A stretch of 64,000 nt of DNA from an uncultured Mycoplasmatales bacterium (GTDB taxonomy: Bacteria; Bacillota_I; Bacilli_A; UBA3375), in NCBI GenBank assembly GCA_937936465.1, contig CALDDH010000003.1, positions 50,763 through 114,762 of the forward strand. Reading direction: 5' to 3'. Below the pieces are notes generated by a model. The model searched no databases and was not told where the DNA came from. It saw only the letters and a program-made list of their open reading frames with translations. This document shows positions 9,984 through 19,687 of this stretch, piece by piece; the first letter of the stretch is position 1, and every line of letters starts with the position of its first letter. Both the position numbers and the translations under genes were made by a program.

Positions 9984-10019
9984 CTCTTTATCTGATTATA
10001 TCATATATTTATTATTATT

Positions 10020-10053
10020 AAAAAAAGAAAAACCAAAATACAAAGGTTTTTCT
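10020..10053 (-). terminator. rho-independent terminator after the PTS-RDD operon
   Basis: Minus sense reads agaaaaacc-loop-ggtttttct followed by T7. Confidence 0.65.
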
Positions 10054-10058
10054 TTTGA

Positions 10059-10487
10059 TTATCCATAATATATGTATGAATTCGTTTTCTTTTCATGATA
10101 TGATTGTTTATTTTTAAAGATAACTAAATATATTGAGTAGAAATAGTATAGGAATAACGTTAAAAACATTAAATAATATTTAAGAAATTCACGTTTCATA
10201 TACATCTTTGTACTAAGTCTTTGTCCATCATTACCTAAAACATGCACACGCAGGATCATTTTACCAAGTGGCCACTTTGCATATTTATAACTTAAGAAGT
10301 TATAAAGCATTGCAACTGCTATATATAAAACAATATAGAAAATTAAAACAAACATATCAATTATTATATTACTAAGTGTAAAATAAATATAAAACGAGAA
10401 GAATACAGCAATAATTTGATAAAACATTGAAACTACAGCATTGTCAATTACAAACGTACCAATTCTTCTCCATTTTTGCATCTTCAT
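10059..10487 (-). CDS. small membrane protein, RDD-family-like
   Basis: WRRIGTFVIDNAVVSMF start typical of RDD domains; 3-4 TM; TAAATG junction with the PTS gene. Confidence 0.4.
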   Translation of the reverse strand: MKMQKWRRIGTFVIDNAVVSMFYQIIAVFFSFYIYFTLSNIIIDMFVLIFYIVLYIAVAMLYNFLSYKYAKWPLGKMILRVHVLGNDGQRLSTKMYMKREFLKYYLMFLTLFLYYFYSIYLVIFKNKQSYHEKKTNSYIYYG

Positions 10488-12104
10488 TTATTTACTTAAC
10501 TTATCATTAATTTGCAATTTATAATCTGCTGCTTTTGCTCCATAAATTGCTTGAATACTAGTTCCATCTTTAACTAATCCCATAGCATTTAACTTTGTTG
10601 TCCAGTATTCATTGTCTTTAACTTTAGAGCCATCTTTTACTGTTACACGTAGTCTTGTAATACATGCATCAACATAATCAATGTTATCCGCTCCACCAAG
10701 TGCTTCAATAATTGAATCAGCCATTTGATCTGAACTTGTTTCTTTCATTTCATTAAATTCCTCTTTTGAAACAGTTTTAACTGCTGCTCCACCACGACCC
10801 GGTGTTGCTAAATCATATTTCTCAATATACCACTTAAATACGAAGTAATATGCTGGTGCCATAATTAATACTCCAACAACAACAATCATAAACCAGTTGT
10901 TATCAACTCCCGTTACACCAGGTAAAATACCAAATAATGTAAAGTCAATAAATCCACCACTAAATGTCATCCCAACTTTTACGTTTAGTAAATCCATTAA
11001 CATAAATGATAGTCCGGCCATCGGTACATGGAAGAAGTAGTATAGAGATGGTGCTAAGAATAAGAATGTAAATTCAATTGGTTCTGTTATCCCTGTTAAG
11101 AAAGCTGTAAAACCAACTGAGAATAATAATCCACCTGCTTGTTTTTTATTTTCTGGATCAGCTGTTTTATACATAGCAAATGCTGCTGCTGGAAGACCAA
11201 ACATCATAAATGGGTATTTACCAGTCATAAAGTTTGTTGATGGAAATTGACTGAAATCTCCTGCTGCTAGTGATGCAAAAAATGCATTTTGCGTACCATA
11301 AACTGTTTCTCCAGCTATTAAGTACTCTCCACCAACACTTGTTTGCCAAAGTGGTAAGTAAAATACATGGTGTAGCCCCATAGGAATAAGTGATCTCTCA
11401 ACTAATCCAAAAATAAGCGATGCAACCCAACCGTATCCTGCTGCAGTTAAGTCTCCCAATCCATTTCCAATTGCTGAAAGTCCTGCTCCTAAGAATGGCC
11501 AAATAAATACTAAAGCAATTCCGTAAAATAATGCTGCAAATGATGCAACTATTGGTACAAATCTAGCTCCACCAAAAAATCCTAAATAATCTGGTAATTT
11601 CACATTATAATATCTATTATGTAAAACCGCTGTAATTGCACCGGCAATTATACCACCAAATACTCCCATTGAAAATGTATTTTCAATTCCTAATGTACTT
11701 GTTAATAACCCTTCAAATTCTAAATCTCCTAACATGAACATTCCTGTTTCTGGATCTACTAAACCAAGAACAGAAACTGTAGTTGCAATTGCAACATTCA
11801 TAATTAAGAATGCCATAACAGCTGCTAATGCTGCTGCTCCTTTTTCAGCCTTTGCAAATCCAATTGCTAAAGCGATTGCAAACATTAAAGGTAAGTTTGC
11901 AAAAACAATATCCCCCGTTGCAGTTAATATTTGTAAAAATGAGTTTAAGAATGTTCCTTCACCTAATATCGACTCTAACCCATAAGCTGATACCATTGAT
12001 TGGTTTGTAAATGATCCACCAATTCCTAACATGATTCCCGCTGCAGGTAATAATGCAATCGGCAACATGAATGCTTGACTTAATTTTGAAAAGAATGCTT
12101 TCAT
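10488..12104 (-). CDS. PTS glucose/GlcNAc-family EIICB component
   Basis: EIIC membrane domain plus a C-terminal EIIB with the phospho-Cys motif DACITRLRV. No EIIA domain. Confidence 0.9.
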   Translation of the reverse strand: MKAFFSKLSQAFMLPIALLPAAGIMLGIGGSFTNQSMVSAYGLESILGEGTFLNSFLQILTATGDIVFANLPLMFAIALAIGFAKAEKGAAALAAVMAFLIMNVAIATTVSVLGLVDPETGMFMLGDLEFEGLLTSTLGIENTFSMGVFGGIIAGAITAVLHNRYYNVKLPDYLGFFGGARFVPIVASFAALFYGIALVFIWPFLGAGLSAIGNGLGDLTAAGYGWVASLIFGLVERSLIPMGLHHVFYLPLWQTSVGGEYLIAGETVYGTQNAFFASLAAGDFSQFPSTNFMTGKYPFMMFGLPAAAFAMYKTADPENKKQAGGLLFSVGFTAFLTGITEPIEFTFLFLAPSLYYFFHVPMAGLSFMLMDLLNVKVGMTFSGGFIDFTLFGILPGVTGVDNNWFMIVVVGVLIMAPAYYFVFKWYIEKYDLATPGRGGAAVKTVSKEEFNEMKETSSDQMADSIIEALGGADNIDYVDACITRLRVTVKDGSKVKDNEYWTTKLNAMGLVKDGTSIQAIYGAKAADYKLQINDKLSK

Positions 12105-12140
12105 TTTTTTATCTCCTTCTAATAATCTTACTAATTAATA

Positions 12141-12149
12141 GTATATCAT
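12141..12149 (-). promoter_or_regulatory. candidate extended -10 (TGATATACT) for the PTS operon, preceded by A-tract-rich UP-like DNA (12150-12195)
   Basis: Minus strand reads ATGATATACT ~35 nt upstream of the AAGGAG RBS. Upstream, the minus strand is runs of A6-A8. Confidence 0.4.
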
Positions 12150-12195
12150 ATCGTTTTCATTTTTTGTTTTTTTATTTATTTTTTTTGTTTTTTTC

Positions 12196-12240
12196 AAAAA
12201 AAAAAAGTACAATACACTGAATTAGTATTGTACACTTTTT
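12196..12240 (-). terminator. rho-independent (bidirectional-looking) terminator after the exonuclease gene
   Basis: gtacaatac-9 nt-gtattgtac stem, flanked by A11 on one side and T5 on the other. Confidence 0.7.
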
Positions 12241-12254
12241 GAATTATGAAATTA

Positions 12255-12980
12255 CTATTTTAAATTTAATAATAAATCTATTCCAATTGATGCAACATCT
12301 TTTGTTAAATATGACTCAGCAGATTGATTAATCTTATTTTTAGTAAGTAAACTATTTAAAAATGCTTCTTGTTTTTCTGTAATCATTATAGCTTGACTTA
12401 CTTTAATTAAGTCTTGTAAATTATCAATTGTTTCAACTTGTAATAATTTTAGTTGTTTAATTAATATTTGAGCAGTAATTGTTGCATCATAATCCGCACG
12501 GTGGTGTGCATAAGCATCATATTCAATTTCAAAATAATTAATTAATTCAGAGAGTTTATAAGTACTTTTATTTGGATAAATTACTTTTGCTAAGTGAATT
12601 GTATCTAAATAATAATTAGCATAAAATTCTTTTTTCTCATTCATATAATATGCCATTAAAAAACTTAAATCAAACCTTGCATTTTGAGCAACTAAAATAC
12701 TTTTTCCTACAAAATCTGAGAAACTTTCCATAACAAATCTATAATCTTCTCCTTGCTCGCTTAACATTTGATCTGTAATGTTTGTTAAGTTAATAATTAA
12801 CTCAGGTAATTTATCAACTTTATATAATTTAATAAATTTACTAAATGTATTAATTATCTCACCACTTGATGATACTTTAGTTGCACCTATTTCAATTATT
12901 TGATCTTTCTTATTATCTAAACCAGTTGTTTCAATATCAAAAACAACAAAGCTTAACTCTTTTAATTTATCATTTAACAT
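12255..12980 (-). CDS. DEDDh 3'-5' exonuclease (DnaQ/epsilon-like) with a C-terminal extension
   Basis: Exo I FDIETTG, Exo II NARFDLSFL, Exo III HRADYDA. Confidence 0.8.
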   Translation of the reverse strand: MLNDKLKELSFVVFDIETTGLDNKKDQIIEIGATKVSSSGEIINTFSKFIKLYKVDKLPELIINLTNITDQMLSEQGEDYRFVMESFSDFVGKSILVAQNARFDLSFLMAYYMNEKKEFYANYYLDTIHLAKVIYPNKSTYKLSELINYFEIEYDAYAHHRADYDATITAQILIKQLKLLQVETIDNLQDLIKVSQAIMITEKQEAFLNSLLTKNKINQSAESYLTKDVASIGIDLLLNLK

Positions 12981-14812
12981 TATTCTCCTTCAATTAACTT
13001 TTCATATTCATTTAACAATTTATTGTTTTCAGTTTCTAAATCATTTATTTGACTTTGTATTTGATTAGACTTTTGAAAATCACTATATATTTCTTTTTGT
13101 GTTGCAAGTTTAATTAATTTTTGTTTTTCTAATTCAACTTCTTCAATTTTCTTTTCAATTTTCTTAACTTGATTATTATTAATTTTCTTAGGCCTTGAAT
13201 CAGCTTTCTTTTTTTTATTCTTTACTTCTTTACCTATCATATACTGTTCATATAAATTATATTCACCACTGAAAACATTTAACTGTGTTGGTTGTAAATA
13301 AATAAACTTATCTATAATCTGATTTAAGAAATAACGATCATGTGAAACACATAAGATTGTTCCTTGATAATCAAGAAAGGCTTGTTCAAGTACTTGTTTT
13401 GATTTTAAATCTAAATGGTTTGTTGGCTCATCTAAGACAATTACATCATAGTCTTGTAATGCCATATAACTTAAAATAACTCGAACTCTTTCTCCACCTG
13501 ATAATGAACTAATTATTTTAAAGATGTCTGATCCCTTAAATAAGAAATTTGCTAAGTGCTTTCTAATTTGCAGATCACTCTTATTATCCATTAGTTCTTT
13601 AATTGCCTCAAAAATTGTTTTATCTTCTTTTAATAATTGTTGTTTTTGATCAAAATACCCAATTTTAATTTTCTGACTAATTTTAACTGATCCAGAAATT
13701 GGCTCAATTTGTTTTAAAATAGTTTTTAAAAGAGTTGTTTTACCAATCCCATTTTCACCAATAATTCCAATTCTTTCTCCACCTCTAATCGGCAAAGTTA
13801 ATTTCTCACTTAGTGGTGAATCATATCCAAAATATAAATCTTTTAATTCAATATAATTTGTTTTCTTAACATGTAATGCTGAAACTGAGAAATGAATTTT
13901 TTGTTTATCATCTATTGGTTTATCAATTAATTCAATTCTTTCAAGTTTACTCTTGCGGTCATTTACTTGACCAATTTTAGATGGTTTTCCTCTAAATTTA
14001 GTAATGAAGTCTTCTAGTTTTTGAATTTCTTTTTGCTGATTTTCATATGTTGCTAACAATACATTATATCGTTTCTCTTTTTCAATTAAATAATTTGTGT
14101 AATTTGATGTATAAAAGAATAATTTATTTTGCTCAATTTCAATTATTTTTGTACATACCTTATCAATAAAATAACGATCATGTGATACTACTACTACCGT
14201 TCCTTCATAGTCCTGCAAATATTTTTCAAGCCATTTAATTGTTTCAATATCTAAATGGTTTGTTGGCTCATCAAGTAATAGATAATCAGGTTTAGTCAAT
14301 AATAACTTAACAAGTGCAATTTTAGTTTGCTCTCCACCTGAAAAGCGTTTAATTTTTTTCTTAATATCTTCTTTATTAAAACCAAAAGCACTAACCATTT
14401 TTTCAACTTGAACACCAAAATGATATCCACCACGAGCTGAGTATGTTGATTCAAGTTCTCCATAGCGTTCAATGAGTGTATGTTCTTGTGTTTGTTCATA
14501 TTCTACTAATAATTGTTCCATCTCTAAATTAATATTTTTTAATTCTTTAAATAGTAGTCCCATTTCTTCTTCAATTGTGTTTTGATCATTTTCAATTACT
14601 TTTTGCGATAAATACCCAACAGTTTGATCACCTTTATTAACTTGACCATCTGTTGCTAAATCTGGATCAATAAGTATTTTCAATAGAGTTGTTTTACCAA
14701 CACCATTATCGCCAATTATTGCAATTTTTTCTCTATTCTTTATTGTAAATGAAATATCTTTAAATAAAAATTTATCTTTGTAATTTTTTGATATATTATT
14801 TATACTAATCAT
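12980..14812 (-). CDS. ABC-F family ATPase (two ABC cassettes plus a coiled-coil tail, no TMD)
   Basis: GDNGVGKTT and GENGIGKTT Walker A motifs, two LSGGE signatures, Lys/Glu-rich C-terminus. The ATG at 14812 (MISINNISKNY) fits the family N-terminus; the track start at 14845 is TTG. Confidence 0.88.
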   Translation of the reverse strand: MISINNISKNYKDKFLFKDISFTIKNREKIAIIGDNGVGKTTLLKILIDPDLATDGQVNKGDQTVGYLSQKVIENDQNTIEEEMGLLFKELKNINLEMEQLLVEYEQTQEHTLIERYGELESTYSARGGYHFGVQVEKMVSAFGFNKEDIKKKIKRFSGGEQTKIALVKLLLTKPDYLLLDEPTNHLDIETIKWLEKYLQDYEGTVVVVSHDRYFIDKVCTKIIEIEQNKLFFYTSNYTNYLIEKEKRYNVLLATYENQQKEIQKLEDFITKFRGKPSKIGQVNDRKSKLERIELIDKPIDDKQKIHFSVSALHVKKTNYIELKDLYFGYDSPLSEKLTLPIRGGERIGIIGENGIGKTTLLKTILKQIEPISGSVKISQKIKIGYFDQKQQLLKEDKTIFEAIKELMDNKSDLQIRKHLANFLFKGSDIFKIISSLSGGERVRVILSYMALQDYDVIVLDEPTNHLDLKSKQVLEQAFLDYQGTILCVSHDRYFLNQIIDKFIYLQPTQLNVFSGEYNLYEQYMIGKEVKNKKKKADSRPKKINNNQVKKIEKKIEEVELEKQKLIKLATQKEIYSDFQKSNQIQSQINDLETENNKLLNEYEKLIEGE

Positions 14813-15368
14813 TGGGCCTAAGTTCTGTTTCCAATATCTGATCAAGTTGGTTTACTGCTTTTTCTAAGTTATCATTGACAATATTATACTGATATTGTTC
14901 TTTAAGTTTTATTTCATGACGAGCTTTATCAATTCTCTTCATAATCGTTTCTAAATCTTCAGTATTTCTTTTTTTTAATCTTTCTTCTAAGTCTTCTATT
15001 GTTGGAGGCAAGATAAAGATTGATAAGACATCATCAATAGAATCAATTACTTGCATAGCACCTTTGCATTCGATTTCTAAAAAGACATTGTTACCTTTTT
15101 CTAATTGTTTTTGAACAAAATCTAAATCAGTTCCATAGTAATTACCAACAAAATTTGCATACTCCAACATTTTATTTTCATTTATTCTACTTTTAAAATA
15201 TTCTTCACTTACAAAGTGATAATGTTTTCCATCTATTTCTCCAGCTCTTTTTTCTCGTGTTGTCAAAGAAACAGAAAATATAAAATCATTAAATTTAATT
15301 TTTTTTCTAATTGAATCTTTTCCTACTCCACTCGGACCAGAAAAAACAATTAATTTTCCTCGATGCAT
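14805..15368 (-). CDS. gmk: guanylate kinase
   Basis: GPSGVGKDS P-loop and TTREKRAGEIDGKHYHF. Confidence 0.92.
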   Translation of the reverse strand: MHRGKLIVFSGPSGVGKDSIRKKIKFNDFIFSVSLTTREKRAGEIDGKHYHFVSEEYFKSRINENKMLEYANFVGNYYGTDLDFVQKQLEKGNNVFLEIECKGAMQVIDSIDDVLSIFILPPTIEDLEERLKKRNTEDLETIMKRIDKARHEIKLKEQYQYNIVNDNLEKAVNQLDQILETELRPND

Positions 15369-15400
15369 AATAACCTACTTTCTCTATTGTAATGGATATT

Positions 15401-17524
15401 TTATTTATTACTACTATTAACTCTTTGAACAATTGATGTTACTTCCAAATCATCTAACTCTTTAATAATTTGGTTTAAAATGGTTAAGTTATGAACTTTA
15501 ATAATTAATTTACAAAAACTTCTTTCATGATCTTCTCCACGCGCATAAATACTTGTTAAATTTATTTCTTTATTTGCTATAACTTCAAGCACTTTAATTA
15601 ATGCTTTAGGTTCATCTTTAACTTCTATATACAGTCTTGATTTATATAAACTTTGATTGGCTTTCATCGTCCACTTGGCATTGTAAGTAGCAAAATCTTG
15701 TTCACATTCATTACGGTGAATATAAAAGTTATCATTAATTTTAACAACTTTTATTTCATCACCTACAACCGGAGAGCAATATCTGCAATATATATATTCA
15801 TCAATTTTAAATTTATGATCATCAGTTATCACAACTGGAAGATCATTATTAATAACTTTTTCAGCAGTTAATTGATTAAAATAATTAATTATATCAGAAA
15901 TTAAAATGTCTCCAACACCAATATGATAATATAGATCTTCTTGATTTTTAATTGCAAACCCCATCATGATTGTCTCTAAGTTTTCTGCTTCTAATATTTT
16001 TTCAAAATTTTCTAAGTCTTTGCTTTTCAAATAATTATGAAGCAAATGATACCCTTCATTTCTCACTAATTTTTTTTGATCATCTTTAAAATATTTTTTT
16101 AAAGAATCTTTAGCTCTCGTTGTTTTAACTTTATGAATCCATTCTACTTCAGGTTGTGAGTGATGTGATGTTACAACAGTTACAACATCACCAATCTTCA
16201 GCTTATAAAATAAACTAACAAATTTTTCATTAACTTTAGAACTTATTGCTTTATAACCAAGCTCTGTATGAATATAAAAAGCAAAATCTAAAACCGTTGA
16301 ATTTTCTGGCAATTCAATTACATCACCTTTTGGAGTATAAACAAAAATACTTTTTGAAAAGTAATCACCTTGCAAGATATTCATAAATTCTTTTGATCCA
16401 ATATCTTCTTCACCTAATTTTTCAGCTTCTTGTAACCACTTTAACTGCTCATTAATTTTCTTTTGCAATTCTTCTTTTGGCATAATATTTTTATATGACC
16501 AATGTGAAGCAATTCCATTTTCTGCCACATAGTCCATTTTTTCGGTCCTTATTTGGACTTCAATTGGCATTCCATCTTCAGCTATAACTGTTGTATGAAT
16601 TGATTGATACATGTTATGTTTGGGAGTCGGAATATAATCTTTAAAACGCTTTGGAATTGGTTTATAATTTTCATGTAAAAGACCAAGCACAATATAACAT
16701 TCAGGAATAGTTTTAACAATAATCCGAAAAGCAATTAAATCAGTTAGGTCTTCAAATTCTTGTTTTTTACTAACCATTTTTTTATAAATACTATAAATAT
16801 GTTTACTACGACCTGTAATAAAGAAATCTAATTTATTACTATCTAAAATAGTTTCAAATTTTTGAACTTCTTGATTAACAATTTTTTCTCTTTCACTTCT
16901 TTTCATATCTAATTTATTGGCAATAATGCTATATTCTGTTGGGTTAACTACCTTGAAAGATAAGTCTTCTAATTCCCATTTTATTTTATACATTCCTAGG
17001 CGGTGAGCAATTGGTGCATAGACCTCTAAAGTTTCATTTGCAATTATTTTTTGTTTACTATCATTCATATAACCAATAGTCATCATATTATGTAACCTAT
17101 CTGCTAATTTAACTAAAATCACACGAATATCTTTACTAGCTGATATAATTATTTTTCGATGATTTGCAGCTTGTTGATCATCAAGTGATGACCCTTCTAT
17201 ATTACCAAGTTTTGTGACACCTTCAACAATATTTGCAATTTCAATTCCAAATAATTCAACAATATCTTCAGTTGTATATTTTGTGTCTTCAACTACATCG
17301 TGAAGTAGACCTGATACTATCACACTTGCTGGTAATTTTTGCATTGACAGAATACAACCAACTGCAACAGGATGCGTTATGTACGCTTCACCTGATTTTC
17401 TTCTTTGATCTTCATGAGCACTTTTAGTAAACAAATAGACTGAATGGATGTATTCAACATCTTCTTCAGTCATATAGTTTTTAAGTATTAATTGTAAGTC
17501 ATTATATGTATTATTCATAATCAA
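15401..17524 (-). CDS. relA: bifunctional (p)ppGpp synthetase/hydrolase Rel
   Basis: HD hydrolase (HDVVEDT), synthetase domain, TGS, Cys-rich ZFD ([12 protein letters not shown]), ACT-like C-terminus. Confidence 0.93.
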   Translation of the reverse strand: MIMNNTYNDLQLILKNYMTEEDVEYIHSVYLFTKSAHEDQRRKSGEAYITHPVAVGCILSMQKLPASVIVSGLLHDVVEDTKYTTEDIVELFGIEIANIVEGVTKLGNIEGSSLDDQQAANHRKIIISASKDIRVILVKLADRLHNMMTIGYMNDSKQKIIANETLEVYAPIAHRLGMYKIKWELEDLSFKVVNPTEYSIIANKLDMKRSEREKIVNQEVQKFETILDSNKLDFFITGRSKHIYSIYKKMVSKKQEFEDLTDLIAFRIIVKTIPECYIVLGLLHENYKPIPKRFKDYIPTPKHNMYQSIHTTVIAEDGMPIEVQIRTEKMDYVAENGIASHWSYKNIMPKEELQKKINEQLKWLQEAEKLGEEDIGSKEFMNILQGDYFSKSIFVYTPKGDVIELPENSTVLDFAFYIHTELGYKAISSKVNEKFVSLFYKLKIGDVVTVVTSHHSQPEVEWIHKVKTTRAKDSLKKYFKDDQKKLVRNEGYHLLHNYLKSKDLENFEKILEAENLETIMMGFAIKNQEDLYYHIGVGDILISDIINYFNQLTAEKVINNDLPVVITDDHKFKIDEYIYCRYCSPVVGDEIKVVKINDNFYIHRNECEQDFATYNAKWTMKANQSLYKSRLYIEVKDEPKALIKVLEVIANKEINLTSIYARGEDHERSFCKLIIKVHNLTILNQIIKELDDLEVTSIVQRVNSSNK

Positions 17525-18036
17525 TACTCGATTAACGATTTAATTGGATATTTATCAGTAATTCTTAATCGCCCTTTTAAATTTAATAATTCAATAATAA
17601 ATGCCAGTCCAATAACTACAGCACCAGACCTTTCAACTAAGTTAATTGTCGCTTCCATTGTTCCACCTGTCGCTAGCAGATCATCAGTTATTAAAACTTT
17701 TTGCCCTGTAAGTAAATCACCTTGATGAATAGTTAAGGTTTCTTCAGAGTATTCTGTTGTATAACTTTGATCAATTGTATTCCTCGGTAATTTACCTGGT
17801 TTACGAACTGGCACAAAACCAATCTCTAAACTTGTAGCTACCGGACATCCAACAATAAATCCACGTGCTTCAGGTCCAACTATCACGTCCGCTCCAACTT
17901 CAATTGCATACTTTTGGATTTGATCAGTTACATACCGATAAGCTTGACCATTTGACATTAAACTAGTAATATCTTTAAAACTAACTCCTTGTTTTGGATA
18001 ATCTTCAATTTCAGTAATATATTTTTTCAAATCCAT
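17521..18036 (-). CDS. apt: adenine phosphoribosyltransferase
   Basis: [17 protein letters not shown] motif; 171 aa; apt-rel adjacency. Confidence 0.93.
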   Translation of the reverse strand: MDLKKYITEIEDYPKQGVSFKDITSLMSNGQAYRYVTDQIQKYAIEVGADVIVGPEARGFIVGCPVATSLEIGFVPVRKPGKLPRNTIDQSYTTEYSEETLTIHQGDLLTGQKVLITDDLLATGGTMEATINLVERSGAVVIGLAFIIELLNLKGRLRITDKYPIKSLIEY

Positions 18037-18043
18037 AGCACTC

Positions 18044-18301
18044 CTAGCTTTCTACATCTGCAACAGCATTTTTTAATACTCTTAATTTACTACCTTCTGA
18101 TTCAATTACTAATTCATTTTCTTCAATTGCAATTACAGTTGCTTTAATTCCAGCATATGTAAATACAATATCATTTTCTTTTATTTCACTTACCATCTTA
18201 CGTAGTTTTGCTTGTTTTTTATTTTGTGGTCTAATCAATAAAAAGTAAAAAATTGCAAACATAAATAATAATGGGATGAAAAAAGCTATAATTCCAGTCA
18301 T
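18044..18301 (-). CDS. yajC: preprotein translocase subunit YajC
   Basis: TM followed by [17 protein letters not shown] lies 4 nt before the ATG at 18301 (MTGIIAFF). Confidence 0.7.
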   Translation of the reverse strand: MTGIIAFFIPLLFMFAIFYFLLIRPQNKKQAKLRKMVSEIKENDIVFTYAGIKATVIAIEENELVIESEGSKLRVLKNAVADVES

Positions 18302-18331
18302 ATTTCCTCCTAATACATACATTTTAACACA

Positions 18332-19156
18332 TTATTTAATTATTAATAGAAAATTATTGTATATTTGTGCAAATTTATCAATTGAAATTTGTTCTGCTCG
18401 AACATTTGCTTGCAAATCATTATCATTTAAAAATTTAATTATTGTTTCTTTATCAAGTTTATAAGCTGTTTGTAAGTTATTTACTAAGGTTTTTCTTTTT
18501 TGTTTAAAGCAATTTTGAACAAACTTTTCATATTTATAAATATCAATCTTCACGTCACTTCTTCTTTTTAATGAGATAATTGCACTATCAACTTTAGGAA
18601 CAGGTTTAAATGACTCTTTACTGACTGTAAATTCATATTTTGTCTCACATAAGGTCTGACAAAAAACACTCAATGAATTATATGCTTTATTTCCATGCTC
18701 AGAAGTTATTCTTTGAGCTACTTCTTTTTGAACCATAACATATATTTCAGAAATATTTTCCATTCTAAGAAGGATCTTAGTAATAATTGGTGTTGTTATA
18801 TAATAAGGTAAATTAGCTACAACCTTATTATTTACTCGATCCTCAAAATTTAAATCTTCATTTTGAATGTTTAAAAAATCTTCATTAATTAATTTAAATT
18901 TTTCTTGATCTCCATATAAGTTATTTAAATTAGTGATCAATCGCTGATCAATTTCAATACATGTTAATCTTCCTGCATCTTGAATTAAAAATTCAGTTAA
19001 TGCTCCTGCTCCTGGTCCAATTTCAATCACGTGTTCTTGATTATTAACATTTGCAACAGCAATAATTTTATTAATAATATTTTGATCTTGTAAAAAATTC
19101 TGACCTAAACTTTTTTTAAGTCTAATATCTTTAGTTTTCCTATTTGAGTTATTCAT
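18332..19156 (-). CDS. rsmA: 16S rRNA (adenine1518/1519-N6) dimethyltransferase
   Basis: KSLGQNFL, EIGPGAGALT, NLPYYITTPI. Confidence 0.92.
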   Translation of the reverse strand: MNNSNRKTKDIRLKKSLGQNFLQDQNIINKIIAVANVNNQEHVIEIGPGAGALTEFLIQDAGRLTCIEIDQRLITNLNNLYGDQEKFKLINEDFLNIQNEDLNFEDRVNNKVVANLPYYITTPIITKILLRMENISEIYVMVQKEVAQRITSEHGNKAYNSLSVFCQTLCETKYEFTVSKESFKPVPKVDSAIISLKRRSDVKIDIYKYEKFVQNCFKQKRKTLVNNLQTAYKLDKETIIKFLNDNDLQANVRAEQISIDKFAQIYNNFLLIIK

Positions 19157-19673
19157 TAATTGCTTCCTTTATCTTATCAATATCAATTTGAAATTGATTT
19201 AATTGATTAAGTAATTTTTTATTGTTTCCATCTGCCAGATTTAATTTTTCACATAGTTTTGACCTTATTTCTTTATTACCATATATGCCATGTTTAATTA
19301 GAAAATCAAGGTCATACAATTTCTTTTGATCTAGATTACTTACATATAAGTTATCTAAGGCTTTACGTATTTCAACTTCACTACATGTTTCAACACCAAT
19401 TTTATTATCTTTCCCAATTGATGCTTTTTTCGAAACATAAGCATTATACACTCCCGGTATTTCACGGTTAATAACTTCACGAATTACTTCACCAGCGTGA
19501 TCTGGATCAGTCATGCAAATTAGTTTATAACCTGAATATTGGTATTTTTTAAGTGTTTTTATTTTTGAGTTATCAAGCCCTAGACCTGATGTTTCAAATG
19601 TTAATATATTTGGATATATTTCCTTTAATCTTCGACTATCTGATTTTCCTTCTACAACTACTACAGTTTTCAT
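19149..19673 (-). CDS. rnmV: ribonuclease M5 (Toprim)
   Basis: VVVEGKSD and TDPDHAGE Toprim motifs; rnmV-rsmA adjacency. Confidence 0.82.
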   Translation of the reverse strand: MKTVVVVEGKSDSRRLKEIYPNILTFETSGLGLDNSKIKTLKKYQYSGYKLICMTDPDHAGEVIREVINREIPGVYNAYVSKKASIGKDNKIGVETCSEVEIRKALDNLYVSNLDQKKLYDLDFLIKHGIYGNKEIRSKLCEKLNLADGNNKKLLNQLNQFQIDIDKIKEAINE

Positions 19674-19687
19674 CTTATTTTATCCTC

